This document shows positions 13,709-27,768 of a stretch of 64,000 nucleotides of DNA, in pieces. How positions within the stretch are numbered: the first letter of the stretch is position 1; the number at the start of each line of letters is the position of its first letter. Made by a program: the position numbers and the translations under genes. The notes beneath the pieces were generated by a model. It saw only the letters and a list, made by a program, of their open reading frames with translations. It was not told where the DNA came from and did not search any database. The stretch comes from the human T2T-CHM13v2.0 reference genome, Homo sapiens, in assembly GCF_009914755.1 (NCBI RefSeq), contig NC_060927.1. One strand, 5' to 3'.

Positions 13709-14995
13709 CTGACAGCAGGAAAAGAGATTTGAGGCCTGGAGTCCAGGCAGGACAGATGGTAGAAACCAATGGAGATGCATGGTGAACACTCGAGACAGAG
13801 GGGAAGTGGGGAGGGCATCAGGCCAGGATTTGCAGGAATTCAGGTGGCGGGCCTTTGCATGTTTCAAAGTCCTAGGTAGCTTAAGCCAGGCTTAGCTGCA
13901 AGGGGAGAGACCCTAAGGAGAGAAAAGGAGAACAAGTGATAGGATGAAGAAAGGGGAGAGATTCAGAACTGGCGCTACAGGGCACGTGAACGTGACACCA
14001 ATTGTGTTATTGTGGATTCAGAAAAATGACTAGAATAACACACTGGGAAAAATGTTACGAGGAACACTAGGTGTTACAAATCCTCGAGGGAGATGTGATG
14101 GCATTAAGTTAAAAGAATTAGGTGAGAGGTCACAAACTCTATAGTGGGCTGTTGTGGTGTCTTTAACATTTTAACTTAGGCACTAATTAAAAAAATCAGC
14201 AGCAGTCGTCTGAAAATGTGTGGATTTTTTTTTTTTTTTACATCTTTTGAAAATTCCTAGTGTGTGGCACATATGACCTTGCATTCCCATGTGACAAAAA
14301 TGAGCAGAAGCAGGGTAAAGCTGTCCCTTGAGATGGGGTATGTGGTCCCCCCATGCCACAGCTCCTCCCAGGCCTCTTCACTGGCCACTTTCAGCTGGAG
14401 TACACTAAGGTGCCTAGGTCCCTGTGGTGTTGTTTATAAAGGACAATATAAAACAGAAGAGCCTTGGTATAAGATCAGAGGCAGAGACTGCAGCCTACCT
14501 CCCTCCCTCCCTTTCTTCCTCCTTCACCTGAAGGGAGGCTGTGTCTCCTATGAGCTCACTTCAAGTGGGGGCGTGGGAATCCGGCTGCTCCCAGCCGCGC
14601 CCCACCACCGGCCCAGTGGGTGTCAGTGTCATGGGTGGAAATAAAAACCTCACCTCATGCCTTCCACCTATTCATTCACGCCTCCGTATTGATTGCCTAC
14701 TATGAGCCAGACACTGTTGTTTAGTGGTAAACAAAACACACAAAACCCCCCCTACCCTCCTGAAGCTGCTGTGTGCATCTGACTTGCAGCCACCCCAGGA
14801 CAACAGCTGCTCTAAGTTCGCAGATGGCTTCCCAGTTGCCAAACTCCAACCATCCCCAAGTCTTTGGAGTCATTGGCCTGGGTGACTTTCCACATGGAGT
14901 CTTCCCACTTCCATATTTGTGCATTCCAAACCTCCGGCTGCAGGGAACTACCATGATTTTTGACTTACAGCCTCTACTACTATTAACTTGATTTA

Positions 14996-15324
<329 letters not shown>

Positions 15325-16039
15325 CAGCTTTTTTTTTTAAAGCTATTCACATGGTTTTACTTAAAGTACTTTTGAAATAAAATCTAATCCCCACTGTAAA
15401 TGGAAAATCAGCATCATTTGCTATGTATTAAAAATTACTATAAAAATAATCACATCAATTTCAAAATTAAAAAGGGCTCATCTTTATGCCACATAATTTT
15501 GATCCCACCATATGTAACATGGCTGGAACGAACGCGCAATTGGTACTGAATTTCAGCCTCACTGTGACCTTTCCCACATCTGTCTCATCAGCCTTTCCTA
15601 TCTGTCTCCTGCTATCCTGCCCCTGACCCCATGCTTGGGTCTGCTTTGTGACTGACATCCCTAATCCTTTCAATCCATGATGCTTTTATTGGACCCATTA
15701 GCCCTACCTGGAATACCTTCCACACATACATTTGTGCTTGTTGAGATGTGAGCTCCATCCTTCCAATCCCATGCATATTAAAGCCCACCCCAATTTGTCC
15801 ATCAGAATTGATCTCTAGCTCCCAGGTGCTCTGCCAGAGGATTTGCTGCCATCTGCACTGTGCCAGTTTCTTGAGGGCATGTCCATCTGTCCTCCTACTC
15901 CTTTCATTTAAGCAGGTGAATGTTATGCTAAGTGTCTAGGACAGAATGGTGACTGTGGCCAGCCTCTTCCTTCTAAGAGGAAAGCAACAAGTTCTTGAAG
16001 ACAAAAACCCCACCGTGGTTTATGACCAATAAATAGCTT

Positions 16040-16660
16040 CATTACCGTGATTAATCAACAAGCAAGTACTTATTGAGCATCTGTGCTACACATCGTCCCA
16101 GCTCAGGGAATACAGAAAAATTGTAAAGCCTGTCTCTATACTCAAGCAGCTGATGATGTCTCCTGGGAAACAAGACTAAACCATAAAGGGGGAGAGAAGT
16201 CAGCTGTAGAGAGCGGAGGTAGTGGTGGAGTAAGGAAGGTTTCTCCTGATAACCCCCATGGGGTAACTACAATATAACTCTTGGGGCCATGCTTTTTGGT
16301 TTGCTGTGGATACTACAGCCTTTGTGGAAAAGGCACAATCTGAGCTGGTTGTTGCAAGATGGAGGGAATACAGACATAGGGAAAAACAAGCCAGGCCAGA
16401 GCCACACGTGAGGAAACGCAGAAAGAGCTCTCTGACTAGAGATGAAGCAGGTACATGGGCTGTGGTGCCTAGGGAAGGTGAGTCCACATGAATGGCGGTC
16501 TTGAGGGCAAATGAATGATGGGATAGAAATGATTTCTGGTGAAGAGGCCTGTGACTGGCGTGTAGGCTGAAGTGAAGCAGGAAGGTATGAAATGGCGAGA
16601 GGGTGACACTGGGGCAGAGATAGGGAGAGCCTAAATCTGAATTCAGAACTGGGAATCTCA
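16040..16660 (-). mobile_element. L2 LINE fragments
   Basis: aacaagcaagtacttattgagcatctgtgc 3' end plus a purine-rich body. Confidence 0.5.
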
Positions 16661-18571
16661 ATTACCAAATTACTTTGTATCTTGCTTGGTAGATCTCAGG
16701 TCAAACCACAGCCAGAAGTGGATCTGGGAAACACAGATTTTTGTTTTTATTCTTGGCCAGACTCTAGGATTCAGGACATGCCCTCGTAGTAGATGGTCCT
16801 TTCCAACAGCCGGTAATTGAGTCATAGGCAACTTGGGTGTTCGTGTCTGAAAGAATTTGGAGGCTAGGAGAAGCAGGAGTTGGATGGATAACTTAGGCAC
16901 TAAAGGGAAGCTAGTTTAATATTTTAAAGTCACCCAGAAGATAAAACAAGTAGTTGCAAGAAAGACACTTGAGAAAAACAAAACAAAACAAAACAAAACA
17001 ACACTGCAAAGTGAGGCTTCATAATTCACTCGTACCTATAAGGTTCATGTGCTATCAAGTCTGAAATTACTTACCAAGCCTCTATCCTAGATTTACTTTC
17101 TCTATAAAACAGTACTTCAGAGAATAAGTAAGTAAACACCATTATGACCAATGGTTTAAGAGAAAAATGCTTCCACAAATGGTAATACTAATTTTTTAAC
17201 ATTCTCTGAGAAAATATAACAACTCAATAGACTTGAGAGCCGGGTAAGAACTACTGATGTTGTACTTAATCCTTAAAACTGATATATATGTGTGTCCAAA
17301 AGCTAATAAAGTTCCCTCTCCTATAAATGGGGGAAAGGAAAACACTAGATCACAGGCAACACATGCTTAGGATTCTGGTCTGATGGCCAGAGCCCAGGGG
17401 CAGGGAAAATTGAAGTGATTTAAAATAGTCCCTGATAGGATATATCTGATATTAGTGGGCTTGCTGAAGCGAAACAGTAATATCAGAGAGATACAAAGGT
17501 GTAAAACCCATCAATGTGCGTCCAAATGTTTTGATGCCTTGACCCCAACATCTTTCAGGTGATTCGTCCCTGGGGGTAAGCACAAGTGTGCTGGGTGATA
17601 TCAACTAGAAAGCTGATAAGTGGGTGCTCTGAAACCACAATTTATTTTTTGGAATGAAATGGGGAACATTAACAGCTTATTTCATTTTACACCTTTCACT
17701 GCAGAGGGGTCCCCGTCAGCACTCTGAGTTCTGCCCACCTTCTCTTTGAGTCCATCTACCATGACCTACCTTGGCGTGAGGCATTTTATTTCAGGAAAAG
17801 GAATAAATACAGTTACATGGGCAGTGAGCGTTTCTTCAAAGCTTTGCTTGGCCAAGCCATGCCACGATCCCACCACAGCAGCTAATGACCAATCATACCG
17901 TGTGCTCTATACACCAATACTATTCCATCATTTGGATTTCATGGACTGGTAAAATTAGAGGGGAACAATGCTGAGGACTAACAGAGTGGCCAAATACATA
18001 TTTGTCCTATAAGGACATTTAAAAACTTCATGCGTTAGTACCTTAATTGGAAAACAAAAACCTGAAAAAATTATCAGACATAACCTCAGGAGTTTCAAAA
18101 CAGAGTAAGTTTAAATTTACAGAATACTCACTACACTTTCTTATCTGCCTGACTCTCTGTACAAGGATTCAGTTGCTGGCGGGGACAGAGAGCAACATGT
18201 CCCAGGGAAGCTGAGGAAGAACGTGGATGGAAAACAGACTGCTTCTGGCGATGTGAACCTTCCCTTACCTTAGGAAGAAGGGTAACCAGGGTGCACAGAA
18301 TGGCGAATTGAGGACCTTTTCTTCTCAGTTCCTTCTTTAAAATACTGAATCCTACTGCATCGAGTGAGTAGGTTTTCATGTCTTACCCTCGTGACTTGTG
18401 TATTCTGTTGCTCTCGACAGTGCTGGGTGAGCTGGCTCCTAGCTCCTGCCTTCTCCCACTTCCCAGCTTGCTGCAGCCCTCTGGTGACAGTCAGACAATG
18501 ATATGGAAGGATTCCTGACTAATTCGGATGGACGTGAGCTGAACCTTCCCTGCTTCTGGCCAACCTCTTGA

Positions 18572-18660
18572 CTATATATATATATATATATAAAGAATTG
18601 CAATATATATATATATATATTAGATATATATATTAGATCTAATATATATAATTTTGCAAT
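18572..18660. repeat. (TA)n-rich simple repeat containing a 26-bp palindrome
   Basis: Read directly; palindrome at 18625-18650 centred on agatct. Confidence 0.9.
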
Positions 18661-19679
18661 CCATTTATTTGTCTCTGTATTCACTCCCATCCCCAAATTA
18701 TTTTCATGGTGGAGAAACAAACTTTGTGCCCCTTCTTCAACTGCAAAACCTTGCTCTGCCCTCCCTTCAGTTGCACTGCTTCTCTTAGTCTGTGCAGGAA
18801 ATCGAAGCCTCGTGCCCTCGGACTCAAGGCTCTCCCAGACCTCCATCCCTCCCACTCGTGCTGTCTGTCCTAGCTTCCTGTTGCCTGTCTCCTCCCTCTC
18901 CAGGCCGACAGAGGTTTCTCAAGACATTCTGAAGGCTCCCAAATCTGCCACTCCCCAGTCTTCTCCCTCTCCCTCCTTTTGCTGACACGTTCCTCCATAG
19001 AGCAGTCTACACTTAACTTCTCTTCTTTCTCACCTCCACCCATTCTCTTTGGTTTGCCCTCTGCAATCCTTCCTCCATAGCCGAACACACACTACTATAG
19101 CTGTCCCATCTGGGGTCATAATGACCTCCCAATTGCCGCAACCAAGAGCTTGTTGTAAGTCCTCCATTCAAACTATCTAAATAGGAGGACGTGGAGGTCC
19201 ATAGTTCAAGATTTACCTCCACTGGCTTTAGAGATAATTCAGTTGCAGTCCAAAAAGATTACTTACCGGCGGAACTGAGATGTGGCCCCAGCCTTCTGTT
19301 AACCATGTTGATGTTCTTTCTCCTAAAGACCACCACCTGCCTTGACCTTCCCTGTAACACCTGACCCTGTTGACTCTACACTCCTTCTTAACTCTTCCCT
19401 GGTCCTTTCATAGTATACATTCCTCATCTACCCAGATCCCTCTGGTAATGCCTGCTAGCTCCTTTTCCTCTTGCATTCTACATAAATATAGATATGCCCT
19501 AAATATCATAGCTTTTCCAGTAGTAAGGATCATATCTAGCACACACATTTTCTTCTTCCCACCTCTCTTCTGTCTCCATATACTGCCAGTGGGAGTTCAA
19601 CCTATTAGAAATGCCCTCTGACAACCAAAAACATCCTTCTCTTTCATCACCCGTAAATAAGCACCTACCATGTGAGATT

Positions 19680-19900
19680 CAGCACAGGAGGGGAATCTGG
19701 GATCAGACTGCCTAATTTCAAATCCCAGCTCAGCTTCTTTAGCACATGCCATTGTGACCTGGCAAGATTCTTCCCAAGTCTTCATTTTTTCTTCTAACCA
19801 CCTACGATTGTTGTGAAGACTAATGAGAAATTACTCATACAGAGTTACTCAGTGAAGTGGCTGACTTGCAGCATTAATGGTAAATGCTCAGTAGATTTTA
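19680..19900 (+). mobile_element. MIR SINE
   Basis: tcagactgcctaatttcaaatcccagctc ... gtgacctggcaag ... gtaaatgctcagta. Confidence 0.7.
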
Positions 19901-22900
19901 GTTTTCTTCCTTTCTTTTTTACATTTTCACTTTTAATGTTTGCTAGGGATGATGCTGAACCCTAGTTCCATCCCTTGTATAGCTCAGCGTCTGGTGTAAT
20001 TAAACTTTAGATGTGCCACAGCAGCTGTCTGCAGAGTAGATGGGGAGAAAGGAGTGAAGAGTTAATTCTACTTAGGGCATCAGAAAAACCTTCATTTGAA
20101 GAGCTAAACACTAATCTCAATCTTGTTTTTTTTTCCTGGGGACTAAGCTGCTATACAGACCACATGTAAACTTTATTTAATAGAAGCTTCACAAGTGAGC
20201 AATATCATGGCAAGAAAAAAACATTTAGAACAGAATTGTTCAGACATTGGGGTGCATTTAGCTACTAGGGTGGGCAAGAAACATAGGCCAGAATAATTTG
20301 TGGCTACCCCTGAGGATATTCACAGTATGTAACACCTCAAGCCAGAGAAGCCATGGAAACACCTGGTGTGATACATCTGTACTTGTGGCACGAAAGTCAG
20401 GACAGGCACCTTTTATATTTAAAACCAGTCACCATGACTACCACAACCCAGTTTCTCATGCTACCACAAACCTTCTATTTCTCACTGCAATGTGGTGTGT
20501 GGCATGGTTGGAGTCACAAGACTGATTTTCATGGGACTTTGAACCTCTGATTCTTATGTTTCTTTGAGTTTCATTTTAAGCCTGGTCTTTGCAGAGAAAG
20601 GGGGAAGAAATCACAGATAATTAAAGCATAAAATATTCTCATTTCATGGTGGGGCTAACAAGTGAAACTACAAGTAATGATGTAATCCAACTTGTCAAAA
20701 AGGGAAATGAAAAGAGGAGACAGAAGGCAGGACAGAGCCTTGGGACCCAGCGTGCCATGTCATCTTCTAATTAACTAACTGATCCTTTAAACTGTCAAAC
20801 TCGGCGAGGAACTCCATGGCCTGGCATCTGATTAATATTCATATTCGGGCACTGGATGCTCTGATTTAAGTCCCAACGGCTGTAGTTAAACATCAGTCTT
20901 TAAAAAAAAAAAGAGAGAGAGGGAAATAAAAACCTGCCTGGTGAACCAAAGTCTCCAGGTTTTACATTCATAGGGAAATGAGGGAAGGCCACACTGAGTT
21001 CCATAATCCACAGTGCGAGCAAATCCTCCGTGGATGCATATTGATTTCTGAATCATGATGAGGACTTGTATATTGAACAAATAATTATTTTGCTTCTTTC
21101 TACTGGCAGCCACATTGTTAATCATATCCCACGCCTCACTGTTAAATAAGCGAACAACGTGTGTAAAATTACATAGCATTCGGTAATATAATCAAGCTTT
21201 TAATTTCAAACAAAAATAATTGAATATGTAATTTAATTAAAACAGGCTAGAATCCATCATTCAGTTAAACTGTAATAAGTGGCAGCCTGGACTTTTATTC
21301 TTATGGCACAGGCTGCAAAAGAATATATTGCCTCCCTTAAATTGACTTCTCGACTAAAAAATGCTTCAGTCTGGGGTGTAAAAAAAGCCTGTTCTAACTG
21401 CATGCTTTACATAGATGAGGCAATTGACTTAAAAAACTCAAACCAGCACCCCTAGACAGAGTCTCAATCTGATTCACACTCCCAACCACCAACAGCTGGG
21501 CAGCACACGCCATAGGTACCTCCTCTGGAGGACGATGATGAGAAGGGTCCTTAGGAGGCACTGGATGGACTGTGCCTTTTCCTTTACTCTCAGTTCTCTT
21601 TTTATTAATTAAAGACCTCTGAAGGAAGAAAATAAGTCAGCCCAGTTCCACTGCAAGTTCTAACAGCATTGGTTTTTGGAAAATGTTTCCTAAGATATTT
21701 TTATATTTAATGTGAGAGAGACTTCCCTCTCATGATGCCAGTCCATTCTACATTACTGTGTTCTACATTGACATGCCACTGATCCCATATGCCTTCTCAG
21801 TAGCAATTCTTCCTTACCCTATAGAGCGTACTAAACATTCTCAAGCCCTTGTTAAACATACTACTTAGCTATTCTCCAAGTTATATTTAAAAATGGGTGA
21901 CATTGCTCATGGATGTGCAGATTGGCATCATAATCAATACACACACAAAATACAAAAGGTGTGGTAAGAGCTAGGCTCAAGCTGATCAGTGCAGCCAATA
22001 GATATCGAGGCCTATCACGTAATCAGGCACATTAATAAGTCACGATTCATTTTCTTTTTAGCAGGGAGGACATGCTATACATCTAATCAGTATATTTTTA
22101 ATAAAGGAATAGCCCACTTGTAATAAATACATACATACATTCCAAATAGCTTGTGTGATTTTCCAAATTGAGCAAAAAATGTGGTCAAACTGGTTTAGGG
22201 TACAAGTTTAAATTCCAAAAGGCATTTTTGCATTTCTGCTAACTAGAGTAGGAAGAGGAGGAAAACCATCCAACAGCACCATTACTATCTCTGCATCACA
22301 CCTGCCTTTGAAAGATCAGAACTGAAAAGGCAGACTGGCTGGTGCTGCCCATGAGAAGCCTTAATTCTTTTCACCCTCTGGATGAGACCTGCAGAATCAA
22401 CAATCAAAAAAGTTCTTCCGCTGATAATTATTCTAGGATGATTTGGAATATTTCTCATGCTCTTTAAAAAAAAAAAAGCTGGCACATCTCAAATTTCACC
22501 CACACCCACCTCTATTTGGAGTTTTCAGGCCATTGGGGAAACCTACCGTCACCGCCAATCCTGACCTGTAAACTGCAAGTCAGGAGGAATCCAATAGGAT
22601 GGCAGAAACAGTCTTGACATCTCACTTCAGAAGACAATGTCAGTGCACTGCTTGCCAGATGACATCCTATGCTGTGTTCCTCGGAGCTGCAAATACTTCT
22701 TCCGGGTGGGGAGCAGGCCCCTGGGACACCGAAACTGGCTCACATCCACAGGCAATATAGTAATTAATGGTGTCTTTCAGGGCAAGCGCAGTAAAAAAAT
22801 AATTGCTCTCAAATTTTTACTGCTAATAAATGATTGGTACAGTCAATATTTGTGTTGTTGGGAGTGGATGTGTGGCTCTATGTGTTAGAGGATGAGGAGG

Positions 22901-23384
22901 AAAGTCTTTTGGATGCAAATATCCAAACCAGTCTATCAGCTCAGTTAATAACTCTGACCTGCCAGACCACAAGTGTTGAATATGTTGACTTTAAATGTCT
23001 ACAGGGAACATATGTCATGGATCAGAGAACACACTGATTAGTCCAACAGAGACCAAAGTCTGTCACTTTGGTCATGGTGCAAAGATGTGCCAAACAGGGT
23101 CACTAAAGAGAGTAAATAAATGGGAGAAAAATACCAAAGCAAAGTTGGTTTTAGAGAGAGGCTGAGCTGCCAACTACCTGGCTAAATGCTATTTGATTAG
23201 GTAAAATATATTTCCTGCCCCAGCACACCTGCCCACTGTGTTAAAACATCGCTTCCCCTTTCTTAAAATAACTACCAGCTTGCTGATGCCAAGTAACTCT
23301 CACTCATGTCGTAATCATTTACTATCATATGATAGGTCATCAGCTTTCTGCCTATTGAATCCCGCAGATGCTCTAGCTTCTCAT

Positions 23385-23406
23385 CACACACACACACACA
23401 CACACA
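23385..23406. repeat. (CA)n microsatellite
   Basis: Read directly. Confidence 0.9.
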
Positions 23407-23580
23407 GCCTTATAAACAGAGATTTAAAGATGACTGTGCTCAGGGTGTTTACTGGGAAGTCAGTTCTCCTAAGGAACAGGAATCCCTTGCTGGTATGAAC
23501 TGTGAACACAGAGAAAATTGTGAGGGCCAAACAGAATCGAATCTTTACTAATGTGGGTGAGCAATAACCTGCTATGTCTT

Positions 23581-23675
23581 TATGGGCTAGTTAGCTCAGC
23601 TATGGGCTAATTAGCTCAGCTGGTTAGACGATGGATATAGCTCGGGCCACAGCAATAAGTCTGATTCCCATGTGA
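23581..23675 (+). mobile_element. Degenerate tRNA-Ile-like SINE head (MamSINE1-like relic)
   Basis: ggctaattagctcagctggttaga resembles the tRNA-Ile(AAT) 5' half GGCCGGTTAGCTCAGTTGGTTAGA; B box degraded. Confidence 0.5.
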
Positions 23676-24372
23676 AGAGGACAAATGACCTCCTGGCTAC
23701 AGACTGACTCCTTTATCTCCAGCCATCATTCCACAGATAGACGCTCTCAGGGTGGAATGTGGGGCTACACGACTCAAAGGCACTGTCAAGGTGGTAGGTT
23801 AGTAGCACGGTCTCAAATAGGGGTGGGGTCACTAAAGAGAGTAAATAAATGGATTTAGACTTGAGCCACAAAACACACGGCTTTTCTCTACCACCAACAT
23901 GATAATTATTTGTTATCTTCTCCAAGAAATCACAAAATAGCTGCCACAGAGAGTTCTCCAAAACTGGTATAGGAATATACTTTTTAACTTTGCAAAGGTA
24001 ATTCCATTTAAATTTGCTTCTCTCTATGATTTCACTGAAGGCAGAAACGCATGCTGGGACCTCTACTTTCACAGGGAACAAGATGTATGGCCAAGTCAGT
24101 CCTGGCTGGGCCAGGCTTCCAGGATCATCTCATCCACCATCCTAACTGGTGGTATTATTCAGGCATTCACTGAAAACTTGGATTTTTAAAGCATATGCAT
24201 CTCCTTTCAGATCTTTTTGTGGGGGACCAGATTTTACTTGGTTTTAAGTTGTGAGTTTCTTTGATGCTGTCTCTCAAACCATGCTAACACTTCGCTCAGT
24301 GGTTACAGTTGAATAATATTTTAAGATATTCATGAGGCAACGACTAGTGCCAATTCTCTAACGGTCCATATA

Positions 24373-24374
<2 letters not shown>

Positions 24375-24423
<49 letters not shown>
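24375..24423. repeat. (TG)~24 microsatellite
   Basis: Read directly. Confidence 0.97.
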
Positions 24424-24426
<3 letters not shown>

Positions 24427-24674
24427 AAGTCCATGCAGTTGTCTTTAACTTGTTCTTCTGCATAATTTATTGGGCAGCTGTCAAACACACATGTTCTCCT
24501 GTCTCACAGCTGACATTTGTACAGTGATAAATGACATAGGAAATGGACTACAAGCAAACTGACACTCTGCCATTGAATACAAGGAAGAAATGGAGTATGG
24601 GGGCAAGAGAAACAGGTTGGAGAAAGTATGCCACTTTCCCTTTCCAGCAGTCAGGCTAGAAAGAACTTGCTGTT

Positions 24675-24997
24675 GGCCAGGTGTGGTAGCTCACGCCTGT
24701 AATCCCAGCACTTTGGGAGGCCAAGGCAGGCAGATCATGAGGTCAAGAGATCAAGACCATCCTGGCCAACATGGTGAAACCCTGTCTCTACTAAAAACAC
24801 AAAAATTAGCTGGGTGTGGTGGTGTGCACCTGTAGTCCCAGCTACTTGGGAGGCTGAGGCAGAAGAATCACTTGAAGCCGGGAGGCGGAGGTTGCAGTGA
24901 GCCGAGATCTAGCCACTGCACTCTAGCCTAGAGACAGAGTGAGACTTCATCTCAAAAAAAAAAAAAAACAAAAAAAAAAAAAAACAAAGAAAGAAGA
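24675..24997 (+). mobile_element. AluS (AluSc-like)
   Basis: Full Alu; TSD aaagaa(ctt/ttc)gctgtt. Confidence 0.95.
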
Positions 24998-26749
24998 AAG
25001 AATTCGCTGTTAATTCCTGAACAGTCCACAGAAATGGCCTTACTTTCCAGAGACACTTGCTTTACTCAATGGCTGTTTTGCTTTCTTTAAAAAAGGTACA
25101 ATAATTTCAATATATAGATATATGAAGTATTTTCTTCATGCTTTAAGTATATATACATTTATATATAATTATATATAATCAAGAATGATTTTGTAGAATT
25201 AGCAACGTTGATATTGTAATGCAAAACACAGTTTGAAAAACTCTTAAATTTCTCCAAAGAGAACGCTTAATTCCTGTAAGTGGGCCAAATACCGCAATTC
25301 TGAAAACCTCACACACACAGACAATTGATCTCCGTGTTAAGCCACAAAGCATTGTTACTAAGCTCACATATTCATTCTTTTTGATCTCTTTCCATTTCCT
25401 GCATTGTATTCAGTGCCTCTTATCCTTGTCCAACATCAACAGGTCATTGCAGAGGGGTCAGTGTTGGCCAATATAAATAACCATTATAAAAACCTCTAGC
25501 ATGTTTTAAATCAACAACCAAAGTGGCCTACACTGTTTAAAGTATAAATTCCAAATATTTTCACGACAGAGAGTAGGCCAGGCCTGTGAAAAGTACAGGT
25601 AAAAATTATAGTTAAACAGATCACAGCAAGCTATTCCAGCACAAGATTCCTCATTTTAAGACCAGCTTAAAAACAAACATAGATGATGGTATCCCCTGGG
25701 CAGGAGAGGAGGCCTGGGATTCCTACCCCTGGCACATATGTTTCACAAGAGTTTCCCACACATGGCAGAAATAACCACCATCTATACAAACCCAGAGAGT
25801 CTCTGAGAAGCCTACAAGAGCCAGAGAACCAGAGAGTGTAGAGAAACTTGGAGTAGGGAGAGGAAGGGGCCTAGCACTTGGAGCCACCTCTTTCTTTTCC
25901 CTCACCAAAACCCATCAGCAATGACACCTCAACCCCCTCCTGAGCAGGGTGAGGCCCTGCAACATCAATGTGTCTCCAGACCACTCTCCTTTGGAAGAGG
26001 TAATGAAAAAGGGGCTGATTTGAGTCGTCCAAGAGTTCCTGATACCTGACTTTGGGAAGGACGACACGTAACCTATCCTGACTCTGGATTTACTTGTTTG
26101 CTTTGCCTGGGTTGTTATTGGAATTAATCTGCATCATCTAAGAATACAGTCATTGAACTGGGTGGGGTGGTATCTATAAATGCTAAGAGTGACAGGACCA
26201 AGGAGGCCAAGAATAATATTGACCATTAATCCACATTTACTGCTATGGAAAGATGGCCAGAATATGGTACTGATTGAGAATAAGGAGGTTCTCAAAAAAG
26301 CTTGAAAAGTGTGGCATTATTTTACAAGTAACTAAATAGATTTTTTAAAAGCATGAACAAATAATACAAAACATCCAAAGGATATATACTCAAATATCAT
26401 CTCTATGTATTAGGATTTTACCCATTTTAAAGTTTCTTCATTTTTTTTTTTTTAATTGCGATCTTGGTTGGACTGACTTATCATCTGTAAGAAATGTCTT
26501 GATTTTCTACACTATCTTGACTAATTTCTCCTGGAGTTCCATTCAATTATGCCCCTCTTATTTCAGACTATTTGTTTATGAGTACAATATTTCCTGGAGT
26601 ATTGAACCCTTATCATTTGAAAGTTACCCTCCCAGTTTTCACAGTAAGTTTTTATTATCAGGAAAAGAAGCTGCTTTCATGTTGGAAAAAGAATCACCAT
26701 GAGTAATGACCAGAGTATTTTCAGATCAACATCATCATCATCCATTTAC

Positions 26750-26960
26750 TTTAAGTACCATTTGTTATTTCATTTAATCCTTACAATGACTTTACAAGGT
26801 AAGAACTCTTGCCAACAATATTATTTTCAGTTTGTAGACAAGAAAGGTGGGGTCTAGAAAGTTAGGTACCCTAACCTTCTCAGGATTACAGAGTAAGTGC
26901 TAGAACCAGAATTAAACCTCAGTTGACCCAGCTACAGAGCTTATGGTCTTCATGAATACA
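26750..26960 (-). mobile_element. MIR SINE
   Basis: ttatttcatttaatccttacaatgac ... gtgctagaaccagaattaaacctcag. Confidence 0.65.
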
Positions 26961-27732
26961 TGATGCTGTGCTGACATTAAGAAATGGCTATGTCCCGACT
27001 CCACACTTGTGAAAAAGACATATCAGATCTGGGAAGTCAAGGCATTGGCCATTATGTGCCACTTATAGAAATCTACTTTTTTAGCCTGCAGAGACTCTCA
27101 GCAGCAAGGCATACATGATTTCTGAACTTCTAATTTTTTCTCACTTGCAAAACAGATATTATAATAAATCTTGTTCAAAAGATGAACAACCTTTATTTAT
27201 CTCCAACCTTATCTACCTCTGAAAGGATGGGATGTAATATGCTAGTTTAAATAATAATAGATCGTTTTTCTCTAGCATGGAGCAAATAAAAGCATAAAAC
27301 TGCATTTAGGTTTTTCAAATACAGACTTGGACAAATCAAAAGGTACACTTTCTTCGCTAGGCCAACTGTCCTCCTCTGACCCCCTGCTAATTTTCCTGAT
27401 GATGTTTGAGCAGAACATGCTGATTTGGGTAATTCCATGTCCATGCACAAAAATAATTGATGACATCAGCATAGTTATGGGAATTAGACTTATTAGTTAA
27501 TTACAGAACCAGCAGAGGGAGCACAAACCCTGCATAAATAATAACCATTTCTTCTGGGTATCTTATAAAATAGTGGTAATGGTGGAAGGAAGAAACAGAT
27601 TCAAAAACTAAATTGTTAGTATCAGAAAATGGGCTTTGCTTTCTTGGAATGGTGTTAGGGCAGAAACCTAATACATTGTTCATATGGTCTACGTATAAAT
27701 GTTGACGTCTTAGGTACTGAAGAGAAGAAAAA

Positions 27733-27764
<32 letters not shown>

Positions 27765-27768
27765 CGCT
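27733..27768. repeat. (TG)n(CG)n tract
   Basis: Read directly. Confidence 0.9.

Noticed and set aside
23601-23675. Functional tRNA gene
   Set aside because: T-arm/B box and acceptor stem are degenerate.
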